34,523 nucleotides of DNA, taken from contig JBKDUV010000205.1 in assembly GCA_046339335.1 (NCBI GenBank), forward strand, positions 1 to 34,523. The letters are read 5' to 3'. The notes below the pieces were generated by a model. That model ran no database searches, had not been told where the DNA came from, and worked only from the letters and a program-made list of their open reading frames with translations. The stretch is from Planctomycetia bacterium (lineage in GTDB: Bacteria > Planctomycetota > Planctomycetia > Pirellulales > UBA1268). Both the position numbers and the translations under genes were made by a program. Shown piece after piece: positions 8,751 to 18,541 of this stretch (positions are counted from its first letter, which is position 1; the number at the start of each line of letters is the position of its first letter).

Positions 8751-9860
8751 ATGACGACGGCGAGCCTCAAGGACAAGCGGGTCAGGGATTTGGCAAGGTT
8801 GGCCAAGCAGCACGGCGTCTCAGGCTGGCACTCGATGCGCAAGGATCAGCTCATCAAGGCACTGGTTCGCAAGGCGAAGGGATCGTTGCCGCGGTCCTCC
8901 GGCGACGGCGAGCACCGGCAGGGAGTTTCCCCGGCGGTTGCCGTACGGACCGCTCCCTCGTGTGATCCCCGCGTGGCGGCCCGGATCGCCGAGGCCCGCG
9001 ACCGGCTGTCGCGGGTCAAGGATCTCGCCACGCGGCCCGAGCAGGCGCGGGGCGCGCGGCGGGACCGCGATCGGCTCGTGCTCATGGTCCGCGGGCCGCA
9101 CTGGCTGCACGCCTTCTGGGAGGTCACCTCCCGAAGCATCGACCGTGCCCGGGCCGCGCTCGGTCAAGAATGGCACGCGGCCAGGCCCGTGCTCCGGGTC
9201 GTGCAACTCGACAACGAGGTGCCCAACTCGCCGGCGGCGAAGGTGATCCGCGAAATCGAGGTCCTTGGCGGCGTCAAGAACTGGTTCATCGACGTGCGCG
9301 ACCCGCTGCGGTGCCGGGTCGAACTCGGATATCGGGCGGCGAGCGGCCGGTTTCATGCCCTGGGTCGCAGCAATGCCGTCAACACGCCGGTGGCTTCGCA
9401 GGGGGACACGCTCGATGCCCACTGGGGAGACATCGCCGGCGACTGCGACCGGATCTACTCCTTGAGCGGCGGCTTCGCCGCGGAGAACGGCCCGGCCGAA
9501 CTCCAGGAACTGTTCGAGGAGCGACTGCGACGGCCGATGAGCCCGCCCAATTCCCGGCACGCGGTCGTGGAGCCCGAGGAACCCGAGGCGGTGGCCTGCG
9601 ACTGCGAACTGCAGGTCGATGCGGAGATGGTGATTTACGGAGCGACGCGGCCTGACGCCTATGTCACCCTCCATGGTGAGCCGGTGAAACTGGCGGCCGA
9701 CGGGACGTTCCGCGTGCGGGTCGAGATGCCGAACAGGCGGCAGGTGATCCCGATCGTTGCCAGCGCCCCGGAAGCCGGCGGACGGAGGACGGTCGTCCGT
9801 GCGGTGGAGCGCAATACGAAGACCATGGAACCTTACGGCCGCGACTCGGGCGAGTACTGA
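8751..9860 (+). CDS. Rho-N-terminal-like domain + DUF4912-like protein
   Basis: N-term LKDKRVRDLARLAKQHGVSGWHSMRKDQLIKAL (Rho-N pattern); DRLVLMVRGPHWLHAFWEV, NWFIDV, ELGY, RSNAVNTP; C-term VDAEMVIYGAT Ig-like part. Confidence 0.8.
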   Translation: MTTASLKDKRVRDLARLAKQHGVSGWHSMRKDQLIKALVRKAKGSLPRSSGDGEHRQGVSPAVAVRTAPSCDPRVAARIAEARDRLSRVKDLATRPEQARGARRDRDRLVLMVRGPHWLHAFWEVTSRSIDRARAALGQEWHAARPVLRVVQLDNEVPNSPAAKVIREIEVLGGVKNWFIDVRDPLRCRVELGYRAASGRFHALGRSNAVNTPVASQGDTLDAHWGDIAGDCDRIYSLSGGFAAENGPAELQELFEERLRRPMSPPNSRHAVVEPEEPEAVACDCELQVDAEMVIYGATRPDAYVTLHGEPVKLAADGTFRVRVEMPNRRQVIPIVASAPEAGGRRTVVRAVERNTKTMEPYGRDSGEY

Positions 9861-10163
9861 CGTCGCACGACCACGATTGGTCACGGATGGGAAAGGGGGC
9901 CGGCGGCGATAAGTTTTCTGCCATGTTCGTGATGCTGTCGATCCATGCCGGTGAGCTCTTAACGAGGCTCGTTGGGGGCCGATCGATGGTTGCTGTCGCG
10001 CGTCACGCCGGCTCGTTCCGGATCACGCGCCCCGCAATCCAAGGCACCCCCGTTTTTCCTAAACGAGCTCTCCGCATCACACGACACCACGGCATCGCGG
10101 TGGAAGACTTATCGCCCCCGGTCCCGACCGTTGTTCGGGCGGCCCGCGAAGTTCCCCGACATG

Positions 10164-11798
10164 TCAACGGCCCCGGCTGCGGGCAGCCTTCGTGGCCCAG
10201 GCATCGAAAGCCTGCGTTGGCGGCATCTTGAAGACCTGCGTGAAGGCGTCGTCGAACGAGGCCCCGTTCTCCACGCTCGCTACGACCTGGCGAAGCCGGG
10301 ATCCCGTGGCGATCGCCCCCACGAAGGCTCCCCCGACCACCGCGGCGGCGACCGGATCGGATTGGTCGCTGAAGTAGTCCTTCGGCAGGCCGACCCTGCC
10401 GACCGCCATCGGGATCTCCTTTTTCCACTCCTGGGCCAGCGGTGCCTTGGGAACGATCCGTATGGCCACGGCCCGGCCCGCCCCGCGCACGAACCAGGGG
10501 GGCAGTTCACGCCCCGCCAGCGCCGCGGCGGCGCTCTGTTCGGCAAGCAGCCGCCTGGTCTCCGGTTCATCAACCCGCCCCGCCCCGATCGCGACCGCCC
10601 CGTAGGCGACGTCCCCGGAAACGCCGGCATGACCGAGCATGCCGCGCGGCCGTTCGACGCCGACCACCTCCTGCCAGAAGGCCGAGTAGTCGTACGGCTT
10701 GGCGAACGCGAAGACGACGACGCCCCCCTTGAGCAGCTGCCCGTCTTCGGCTCCGAGTTCGCCTGCCACCCGGTCCAGTAGACTGGCGGCCTCGACGTCG
10801 ACCGCCTCCATCCGCTCCGCGGCGAGGTTGCCGATCAGGCAGACCTGCTCCCGGCTCGCGACCAGCGGTTGTTCGTCGGGAATCGCCCGCTGCCAGACCT
10901 TTTCGGCCGCGGCAAACCGAATCGCGGCGAGTTCCTTGCCCGAGAGCCGGCGGGCCCGGCCCGCGGCGGCCACCGCATCGAGCGGGCTCTTGCCGGTGAG
11001 CACGTCGATGCGGGCTCCCTCATCGATCCAGCGCTCGATCAGGGTGATGACGTCGTCGGCGAGCGGATTCTTGTTGAGCGGCATCCGCTGCCCGTCGATG
11101 CCGCGGCCGCGGAGTTTTTTCACCAGCAGGCTCTCGGCCCCCTTGCCGATCACGACCGGCGACTTCGACCGTCCCCCGGCGAGCAGGGCGTCGAGGCTCG
11201 TCATCCGCAGGTTCGCCTCGGGGTCGCGGTCGTCGTGACAGGTGACGCAATGGGTGATGAAGATCGGTGCCACGTCGGTCGAGAAAGCCACCTCGCCGGG
11301 GCGGACGACGGCGGCCTTCACCGGCGCCGAAGGCGGGGCAGCGGGGGCCGCACCCCGGGCCAGGACGTCGATCGACACCGTCTGATCCGGGCCGTCGAAC
11401 GGGGCGCCGGCGGCGATCCATTTCGTGATCACCGCGACCTCGTCGGCCGTCACCTTGCCACCGCCCCGCGGCATGTCGCCCGTGAGGATCACCTCCAACA
11501 GACGACTGCCGCTCGGATTTCCCCGTTGCACGAATCCGGAGGCGAGCAGCGCCGCATGCGACGGCATGGCGAAGTTGCCCTTGTTGCCGGCGACGTGACA
11601 AGCACCGCACTTGGTCGCCAGGATCGGTGCGACGTGCCGGCTGAACGACGTGCCCCTGCCGGCGGCGGCGTCTTGACTGCGGGCCGGCGGCAGGGCCATC
11701 GCCCGGGCTGCGGTCATGGCCACCGCGCCGGTCAGGCGAAGCCCGACGCCGCCTCGGCCAACGAGCACAGTCCGCTCCGCGGCTTTGACGCGAGTCAT
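10164..11798 (-). CDS. Exported planctomycete-type dihaem c cytochrome domain protein
   Basis: Two repeats SF..VAPI...CxxCH...MP...I..WI..GA (CGACH 11595-11609, CVTCH 11235-11249); N-terminal signal-like region; start uncertain. Confidence 0.85.
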   Translation of the reverse strand: MTRVKAAERTVLVGRGGVGLRLTGAVAMTAARAMALPPARSQDAAAGRGTSFSRHVAPILATKCGACHVAGNKGNFAMPSHAALLASGFVQRGNPSGSRLLEVILTGDMPRGGGKVTADEVAVITKWIAAGAPFDGPDQTVSIDVLARGAAPAAPPSAPVKAAVVRPGEVAFSTDVAPIFITHCVTCHDDRDPEANLRMTSLDALLAGGRSKSPVVIGKGAESLLVKKLRGRGIDGQRMPLNKNPLADDVITLIERWIDEGARIDVLTGKSPLDAVAAAGRARRLSGKELAAIRFAAAEKVWQRAIPDEQPLVASREQVCLIGNLAAERMEAVDVEAASLLDRVAGELGAEDGQLLKGGVVVFAFAKPYDYSAFWQEVVGVERPRGMLGHAGVSGDVAYGAVAIGAGRVDEPETRRLLAEQSAAAALAGRELPPWFVRGAGRAVAIRIVPKAPLAQEWKKEIPMAVGRVGLPKDYFSDQSDPVAAAVVGGAFVGAIATGSRLRQVVASVENGASFDDAFTQVFKMPPTQAFDAWATKAARSRGR

Positions 11799-11801
11799 GG
11801 G

Positions 11802-12164
11802 CTACCCCGCTCCAGAGGCCCGCTCCGTTGCGGAACGCACGGCGGCGAACGTTGGCGTCTGTTCCTGAACCGCCGGCTCCGGCCGCACGCGGCGACGCCT
11901 GCCGCGCAACCGGCGGCGGCGGCCGGCACGGGCATCGTGGCCAACCAGCGTCAGCACGGCGTTGGCGGCCACGGAGACGACCAGGGACCCGATCCAGGCG
12001 ATGCCGCCGATGAGTGCCCCCCGGCCGCAGGCGATCGCCCCCGTCCGGTCGCCGAGGACGTCGAGCAGGGCGGCCAGACCGAGCAGCACCACGAGCAGGA
12101 CGGGCAGCAGCAAGGCCGCCACGATTCCCCACGCCAGCAGTCGCCGCAGACCATCGCGCGTCAT
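11802..12164 (-). CDS. Small membrane protein (2 TM, Arg-rich tail)
   Basis: Two hydrophobic helices; stop 3 nt from the next start. Confidence 0.65.
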   Translation of the reverse strand: MTRDGLRRLLAWGIVAALLLPVLLVVLLGLAALLDVLGDRTGAIACGRGALIGGIAWIGSLVVSVAANAVLTLVGHDARAGRRRRLRGRRRRVRPEPAVQEQTPTFAAVRSATERASGAG

Positions 12165-12387
12165 GAAACTTCCGCAGGGTTCGTCGCGGGGGCATCGCCC
12201 GGCCTTGGAACGCCGGACGGGGCGATCACATGGAAACGGGATTGTCCTGTCCGGCGCTGCCCAGCGTCAAGGAATTCCCTGCACGGCCGGGCAACCACCT
12301 TCGCCGCCTCGCGTTCCCGGCGTTTTTCTTTTCGCGTGCCTAGGGCAGAATGATGTTTTCTTCGGTCAGCGCCCCGGAGGCTGCATC

Positions 12388-14895
12388 ATGGCTCGAGCGT
12401 CGTGCGGCATGATCGCAGGCCATCGCCCGGACCGCCCCGCGCGGTCGGCACGGCCGGCGGCCGCGGTGTCGCCACCGTTTCGGGCCCCCGACCACGGGTA
12501 TCGCCGTGTCACATCCCGCGCGGTCCACGCCGCGGCGTGGATCGCGCTGCTGGCCGGCCCGGCCAGTCCCGACGAGGTGCAGTTGCGCGACGGCCGCGTG
12601 CTGGCGGGACGATTCACGTATCTGCCGAGCGTTCTCGTCGACCCGCTGCAGGCGGCAAGACAGGCAGCGGAGGCGGGCAACACGATCCTCGTCTGCGACG
12701 ACGAACTGACGCGGACCATGGTGGCGCGGCGCCAGGTCGTCAAGGTGGAGGAGGGACCGGTCGACCTCGGGCTGGAGCGAATCCGCATCCAGCAGAACGT
12801 GCCGGAAAAGGGCAGGGCCGTGATCGGCATCGGCGGCGCCATCCGGGCGACGCCGTTCGACGAGTTCGGCCGCCGGATCCTCTCGCTCGACACGGCCGGG
12901 GGCCGTGTCGACGTCGTGCAGGGGATCACCGAGATCACGCCGCGTTGGACGCGCATCCAGAGCATCGTCACCGAGCAGCCGATCCTGCTGGACATGCGGC
13001 TGGCCACGAACATCATCCCGCGAGAGGAACTGCGTCGGGTGATCGTGCAGGGCACGGCGCGAACGAATTCCGACGAACGGCTGCGCGTCGTGCGGCTGCT
13101 CATCCAGGGCGAGCGGTACGACGAGGCCCGCCGGGAGCTCGACGAGGTGCTCCGGGATTTTCCCGAACTCTCAGGAATCGTGGACCAGCGCCGCAAACTG
13201 GCCGAGTTTTCCGCCCGGCAGATCCTCGCCGAACTCTCCCTCCGCGGCCGCTCCGGTCAGGACCGGCTGGCCATGCGGCTGCTGGATGCGTTCCCCATCG
13301 ACAACCTCGGTGGCGAGACCCTGGAGGCGATCCGCGAGGCCCGCGACCGGTACCAGGAACGTCAGACGCAGGCCCAGCGGCTCGTCGCCCGGCTCGAGGA
13401 GCGGGTGGCGGGCATCGAAGACGAAGTCAGTCGGCGGACCGCCGCCGAAGTCGTGGCGGAGATCCGCGAGCAACTGACGTTCGCCACCGTGGAACGACTG
13501 GCAACGTTCGAGCAGCTCTCGGCCGACGCGGGGGCACCGGCGGACCGGCTCGTGGCGATCGCCATCGGCGGCTGGCTGCTGGGGGTCGGGGGAGGCACCG
13601 AAAACCTCAAGTTGTCCCTGTCGGCATTTCGTCTCCGGGGGCTGATCCGCGACTACCTCCGCGCGGCCGAGCAGGCGAACCGAGACGAACTGTTTGCCCG
13701 GATGCGTGAGCAGGAGGCGTTCGAGCCGGCGACCGTCGCCGCCATCGCCGCGCACATGCGGCCGCCACTCGACGCCCCTGCGGCCGTGTCGCCGGGACTG
13801 CACTCACTGACCCTCTCCGGCCTCCCCCACGGCGACACGGCGGCCTGCCTGGTGCAACTGCCCCCGGAATACGATCCGCTGCGTCGCTACCCGGCTGTCG
13901 TCGCCCTGCATGCCGCCGGCATGACGCCGCTCTCGCAGGTCGAGTGGTGGGCCGGGATGCCCGCCCGCGACGGAAGCCGGGCCGGCCAGGCAACCCGCCA
14001 CGGGGTGATCGTGATCGCTCCGGCCTGGACCCGGCCTGACCAGGTGGGCTACGAGTACTCCGCCCGCGAACATGCGGTCGTGCTCGGCGCCGTCCGCGAG
14101 TCCTGCCGCCGGTTCGCCATCGACACCGACCGGGTGTTCATCGCCGGGCACGCGCAGGGGGGCAACGCGGCCTGGGACATCGCCCTCGCCCATCCGGACA
14201 CGTGGGCCGGCATGGTGGGCATCTCGGCCACGGCCGACAAGTACGTCCGCTTCTCCATGAAGAATGCCCGGCGCCTGCCCCTGTACCTCGTCGGAGGTGA
14301 ACTCGACGGCGGCACGCTGAAGCGGAACGCGGTCGAACTGGACGAGTATTTCGAACGCAGCGGTCCGGCGGGCAGTCCGGAAGACTTCGACGTCACCTAC
14401 GTGGAGTACCGGGGACGCGGGCACGAGCATTTCGCCGACGAGCAACTGCGCATCTTCGACTGGCTGGGCCGCAAGAAGCGGTCGCTGTTTCCCCAGAAGA
14501 TCGAGGCCGTGTCGCTGCGGCCCTGGGACCGTTTTTTCTGGTGGGTCGAGTACGACGGCCCGCCGGAACGAACCGTCGTGCTCCCGGCCATGTGGCCACC
14601 CGTCAAGGGAACGACCGCCTTCGAGGTCGAGGCCAAGACACTGACCGCCAAGCCTGGGAACATCGTCAGCGTCCAGTGCGGTGCGCAGAGCGTGCGGATC
14701 TGGCTGAGTCCCGAACTCATCGACTTCTCACTGCCGACGACGGTGAAACTGGCCGGCACGAAGCTGTTCTCCGGCCAGGTGATCCCCGACCTGCGCGTGA
14801 TGCTCGAGGACCTCCGGCTGCGGGCCGATCGGCAGCATCCGTTCTGGACGGTCGTGGAGAAAAAGCCCGCCGCTGCCGGCCGCGGCCGGGACTGA
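12388..14895 (+). CDS. Large exported protein with C-terminal alpha/beta-hydrolase (esterase/peptidase-like) domain
   Basis: GGAGG RBS before ATG 12388 (start uncertain); signal-like AWIALLAGPASP-DEV; LPPEYDP.RRYPAVVALH, IDTDRVFIAGHAQGG, GELD, GRGHEHF. Confidence 0.8.
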   Translation: MARASCGMIAGHRPDRPARSARPAAAVSPPFRAPDHGYRRVTSRAVHAAAWIALLAGPASPDEVQLRDGRVLAGRFTYLPSVLVDPLQAARQAAEAGNTILVCDDELTRTMVARRQVVKVEEGPVDLGLERIRIQQNVPEKGRAVIGIGGAIRATPFDEFGRRILSLDTAGGRVDVVQGITEITPRWTRIQSIVTEQPILLDMRLATNIIPREELRRVIVQGTARTNSDERLRVVRLLIQGERYDEARRELDEVLRDFPELSGIVDQRRKLAEFSARQILAELSLRGRSGQDRLAMRLLDAFPIDNLGGETLEAIREARDRYQERQTQAQRLVARLEERVAGIEDEVSRRTAAEVVAEIREQLTFATVERLATFEQLSADAGAPADRLVAIAIGGWLLGVGGGTENLKLSLSAFRLRGLIRDYLRAAEQANRDELFARMREQEAFEPATVAAIAAHMRPPLDAPAAVSPGLHSLTLSGLPHGDTAACLVQLPPEYDPLRRYPAVVALHAAGMTPLSQVEWWAGMPARDGSRAGQATRHGVIVIAPAWTRPDQVGYEYSAREHAVVLGAVRESCRRFAIDTDRVFIAGHAQGGNAAWDIALAHPDTWAGMVGISATADKYVRFSMKNARRLPLYLVGGELDGGTLKRNAVELDEYFERSGPAGSPEDFDVTYVEYRGRGHEHFADEQLRIFDWLGRKKRSLFPQKIEAVSLRPWDRFFWWVEYDGPPERTVVLPAMWPPVKGTTAFEVEAKTLTAKPGNIVSVQCGAQSVRIWLSPELIDFSLPTTVKLAGTKLFSGQVIPDLRVMLEDLRLRADRQHPFWTVVEKKPAAAGRGRD

Positions 14896-15069
14896 TGGCC
14901 CACTCGATCCCCGCGCACACCACGATCCTGCTGAGCCATCGTATCGGGACGGCAGGCCCGTGCCCCCGGGAGCCGGCGTCGGCTCGGGCACCGACCCGGG
15001 CCCCACGCGAAGCGATCGTTCCAGCCGGATGACCGGGCTCGAGGATGACGGCGCCGATTCGGGCCGGGG

Positions 15070-17115
15070 TCACTGGCGTGCCGGAGGATCATCCGGCTGA
15101 ACGGCCACGTTCGGCTGCTGCCCCTGCCGCGGGATGACCGCGCCGGCGACGTACCAGCCATCGACGGTCGTCTGCAGGACCAGTCAGCAGACGCCGAGAT
15201 GCCGGCGGATTGCCTCGAACGGCGGCAGCGTCTCGCCGTCGAGCCGCTGCTCGCGGACGGCTCCGGGCTTGGCCTCGCCGAGCGCCCCGTTGAGCACCTG
15301 CCCGAGGAGGCTCTTCGACTTCGGCATCGAACCCTCCCGCAGGAGTTCGTAGGAGGGACGCAGCGAGTCCTCCTCCCGGACGAACGTCCGGACGGCCGTC
15401 TTCCCCGGCAGGAGGCCGTCGAGCAGCGTGGCTGCGGCCCGGTAGTCGGCCGCCGCCGCGAGCGGACCGCCCGCGGGCGGCGCGAGGACCTTCTCGAGGA
15501 TGTCCCGGTGCGAGGCGATCAGCAGGTGCCCGTGGGCCACTGTCACCGTCGAGTGGGGCAGGAGCCGCTCCTCCTTCTGCCGCATCCGCTGCCGGCGCCG
15601 GTGCGCCGCGTCATCGTCCCCCTCGTGTCCGTCCGCGTGGTTGACGCCGCCGCCCGACAGTTCGACCTGAACCTGGAGTTCATCGTGGGAGCGGTCGATC
15701 AGTTCCCAGACCCCGTGTCCGGCCACCTCGATGCGACGCATGTCCGAGTCGGCTTTCATGAGTTTGTCGATCGTCTTGGCGAGCCGTGTTGGATCGGTCG
15801 ACTCGATCGCGATCACGATCCGTTCGCAGTCGGTGCCGAGCGGCTCGGTGTGACCCGACAGGAACACCACCCGACTCCCCAGCACGCCGATCAGGTCGGC
15901 CTCCAGGTCGACCTGCGGGCCGTCCGGCTCCTCGCGAATCGAGTCGACGACGTCCTTGAAGACGCCTTTCTCGCCGATGACGTCATCCACGAGCCCGTCG
16001 GCCGACATGAATGCCTTGCGGATATCCCATTGGATCTCCGTCCAGCCGGCGAGGCTGCCGCCGGCCCAGGCGGGGGGCGCGACGCCGGCCGCGTCCGGGA
16101 ACCGCAGGATCCGTGCACCGAGATCGAACCGGTCGGGCCCGAACGGATCACGGCCGGGAAGGGCGGGGGCGTGGATGAGCGTGTGGTGACGGATCGCCTG
16201 GCCGTTGGCGGCGAAGACGAGCGTGCCCCCGGCCCCCTTGATGGCGTCGAATCCCTGCCGACCGAGGATCGCCACCATGTCGGGCCCCTTGCGCTTCTCG
16301 CGCGGCGGATTGGTCACCTGGTAAGCCTTTGCGAACCGCAACGGGTCGATGAACCAGCGGGCCGGGGCCTCGGCTGCCGTGACTTTGCCGCCGCATGTCT
16401 CGGCGACCTTGGCGAACGACGGATTCGTCGCCAGGCAGTCCTTGCGGCCCTGGGCCAAGGACTGAAAGGCCTGTCCGACCTGGACCGCGTCGTCGCCGAC
16501 GACGAGCGCCGTCGGCGCCAGAGCCAGCGCGACCTGCCGAGGCGGTCGGCCGCCGACTTCCTTGTCGTCCGCGGGCAGTTGGTAGACCACGAGTTGCGGC
16601 GGAGCGGCCTTGATGTCCACCCGTGTCGCCATCTTCTCGACCAATCCCTTCGTGATCCTGTCGACGACCGTCCTGGCCTCGGCCTCATGCCCGGTCGTGT
16701 CGACGAGCAGAACGGTGCAGAGCCGCCCGGGCCGCCCCTCGATTCCCGGTGCCTCGACCGCCGCAAGGGCCACCTCGCCCCCCGGAACCTTCTCCAGATC
16801 CTCGAGCGTCACGCCCAGGCTCGCCAGCCGATTCCTGCCCTTCTTGGCCACTTGTTCCCGCAGGCCGTCGAGAAACGGCTTCATGGTCGGATCGGCGAGC
16901 AACTGACCGTAGGAAGACCGTTCAAACCGCTCACGGGCCGCACGAAAGTCGCCCGCACTCACCCACGCCCTGGTGGTTTCGGGCAGCACCTGCTCGCTCG
17001 GCGCCATCCCGGCGCCATTCCCCGGCCCGGCGATGCCGAGTGCGGCCAGCACCACGGCGACTGCGATGCGCCGCCGGATCCGGCCGGCGATCGACCCACG
17101 GAAGCAAGACGGCAT
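15070..17115 (-). CDS. Large exported hypothetical protein with in-frame TGA at 15184-15186 near the C-terminus
   Basis: Signal peptide after ATG 17115; ORF track stops at 15184 but the frame stays open with coding-like codons for 37 aa (LVLQTTVDGWYVAGAVI...) to TGA 15070-15072. Confidence 0.7.
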
Positions 17116-17170
17116 GTCAGAAATCCTTGCGGAGGGCGGGGAACGGAGGCATCCCGACAGGACCACCTAG

Positions 17171-18475
17171 TTATCGTTCCAAACGCGACATTTTCTCAAC
17201 CGCGGTTTCGGCCCGGGAACCCCTCGGGGCGGAACCAGTGCCAATGGCCCGCGGTTTCCTTGGTCCGGAAGCCGCATCGACACCGGCAACGGCTTTCGCG
17301 ACCGCGACGCCGGCCGCCGGCGAACCGCGCGGCCCAGGCAGGCGAGGCAGGCTGGCGAAGGGAAGCAGTCCTGCCATCGCAGCCACTGCGCAGGCGACCG
17401 CTCGACTGGTCTGGGACCGGAGACGGAACCGGTTGGCCAGCCAGGAAAGCCAGGTCACGGAGGCGGCTGCAACGGCGAGCACGACGAGCGTCAGCGCCGG
17501 CCAGATGGCCATGTCCCGGCGCGACGAAGTCACGCCCCCCGAGAGGCCGAGAGACACCACCGCCGGCCACCCGAGCACCAGTGCGTGAGTGAGCGCCGAA
17601 ACGCGAGCGCGCCGGACGGGGGGCGCGGTCCAGGCTCCGTCGACACCGGGAGCCGAGCGGACCAGCACGCCGGCGCGCCCGGCGGCAGACAAGCTCGTCG
17701 CCTGGGGGACGACCAGCGCCACGAACCAGGCCACGGCCAGAAGCGGATACCACGAGCCGCGGACCGGGTCGAGGAAGAACCAGGCCACCATGCCCGCAAG
17801 TGCCGTCGCCATCGCGAGCGTCGAGAGGGCCGCTCGGGCGGAACCGTGCGTCAGGAGCGCTGCCGCCAGGGAGGGGCGATCTCCGGGAGTCCCCGGCCCT
17901 GAACCGGGCAACGAACGACCCTGCAGAAACGACGCTGCACCGGCCGCCGCGCCCCAGGCGGCAACCGCGCCTGACACCGTCTGGACGATCCCGGCGCAGA
18001 CGCCTGCCGTGGCTGCCGCAGCGGCCGTTGTCGACAGGCCGATGCTCATGGCGTCAGCAGGCGGAATGCCGCGGCGCTCGCAGGCTTTCGCCACCGCAGC
18101 CGTGGCCAGTGCCGCGGCGCACGCTGCCGCGGCGAGTATCTCCCACGGCCCCGGTCCGCCGGCCCATCGACCCACGACGGCCGGGAAACACGCGCCGCCG
18201 AGCGGCCAGACGGTCCGCGTCAGCCATGCCCCCGGCACGCCGCCGTCTCCCGCTGGACGCGACACGAACGCCCCCGTGGCCGCCTGGGCAAGTGCGCCGG
18301 CGAGCAGTGCGGCGGCGAACCGGGCCCCACCCACGTCCGCCGGCTCGTGGCCGGCAGACGCCAGGGTCAAGACGGCCCCGGCGGCGATCGTCGCTCCAAT
18401 CCACGGCGCCGCGGTGCGGGCGTGCATCCGCACCAGGAGCCGCAGCACGGCGAGCGGCGGAGGGATGCCAGCCAT
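17171..18475 (-). CDS. Polytopic Ala-rich membrane protein, unknown function
   Basis: Many hydrophobic segments; GGAGA RBS before ATG 18475 (alternative ATG 18520); co-oriented between argG and the next gene. Confidence 0.6.
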   Translation of the reverse strand: MAGIPPPLAVLRLLVRMHARTAAPWIGATIAAGAVLTLASAGHEPADVGGARFAAALLAGALAQAATGAFVSRPAGDGGVPGAWLTRTVWPLGGACFPAVVGRWAGGPGPWEILAAAACAAALATAAVAKACERRGIPPADAMSIGLSTTAAAAATAGVCAGIVQTVSGAVAAWGAAAGAASFLQGRSLPGSGPGTPGDRPSLAAALLTHGSARAALSTLAMATALAGMVAWFFLDPVRGSWYPLLAVAWFVALVVPQATSLSAAGRAGVLVRSAPGVDGAWTAPPVRRARVSALTHALVLGWPAVVSLGLSGGVTSSRRDMAIWPALTLVVLAVAAASVTWLSWLANRFRLRSQTSRAVACAVAAMAGLLPFASLPRLPGPRGSPAAGVAVAKAVAGVDAASGPRKPRAIGTGSAPRGSRAETAVEKMSRLER

Positions 18476-18541
18476 GGTAGGGTCTCTCCAGAACGACGGT
18501 CGTGTCCGGACCGACGACATCGGTGAAGCCCGAACTGCAAC

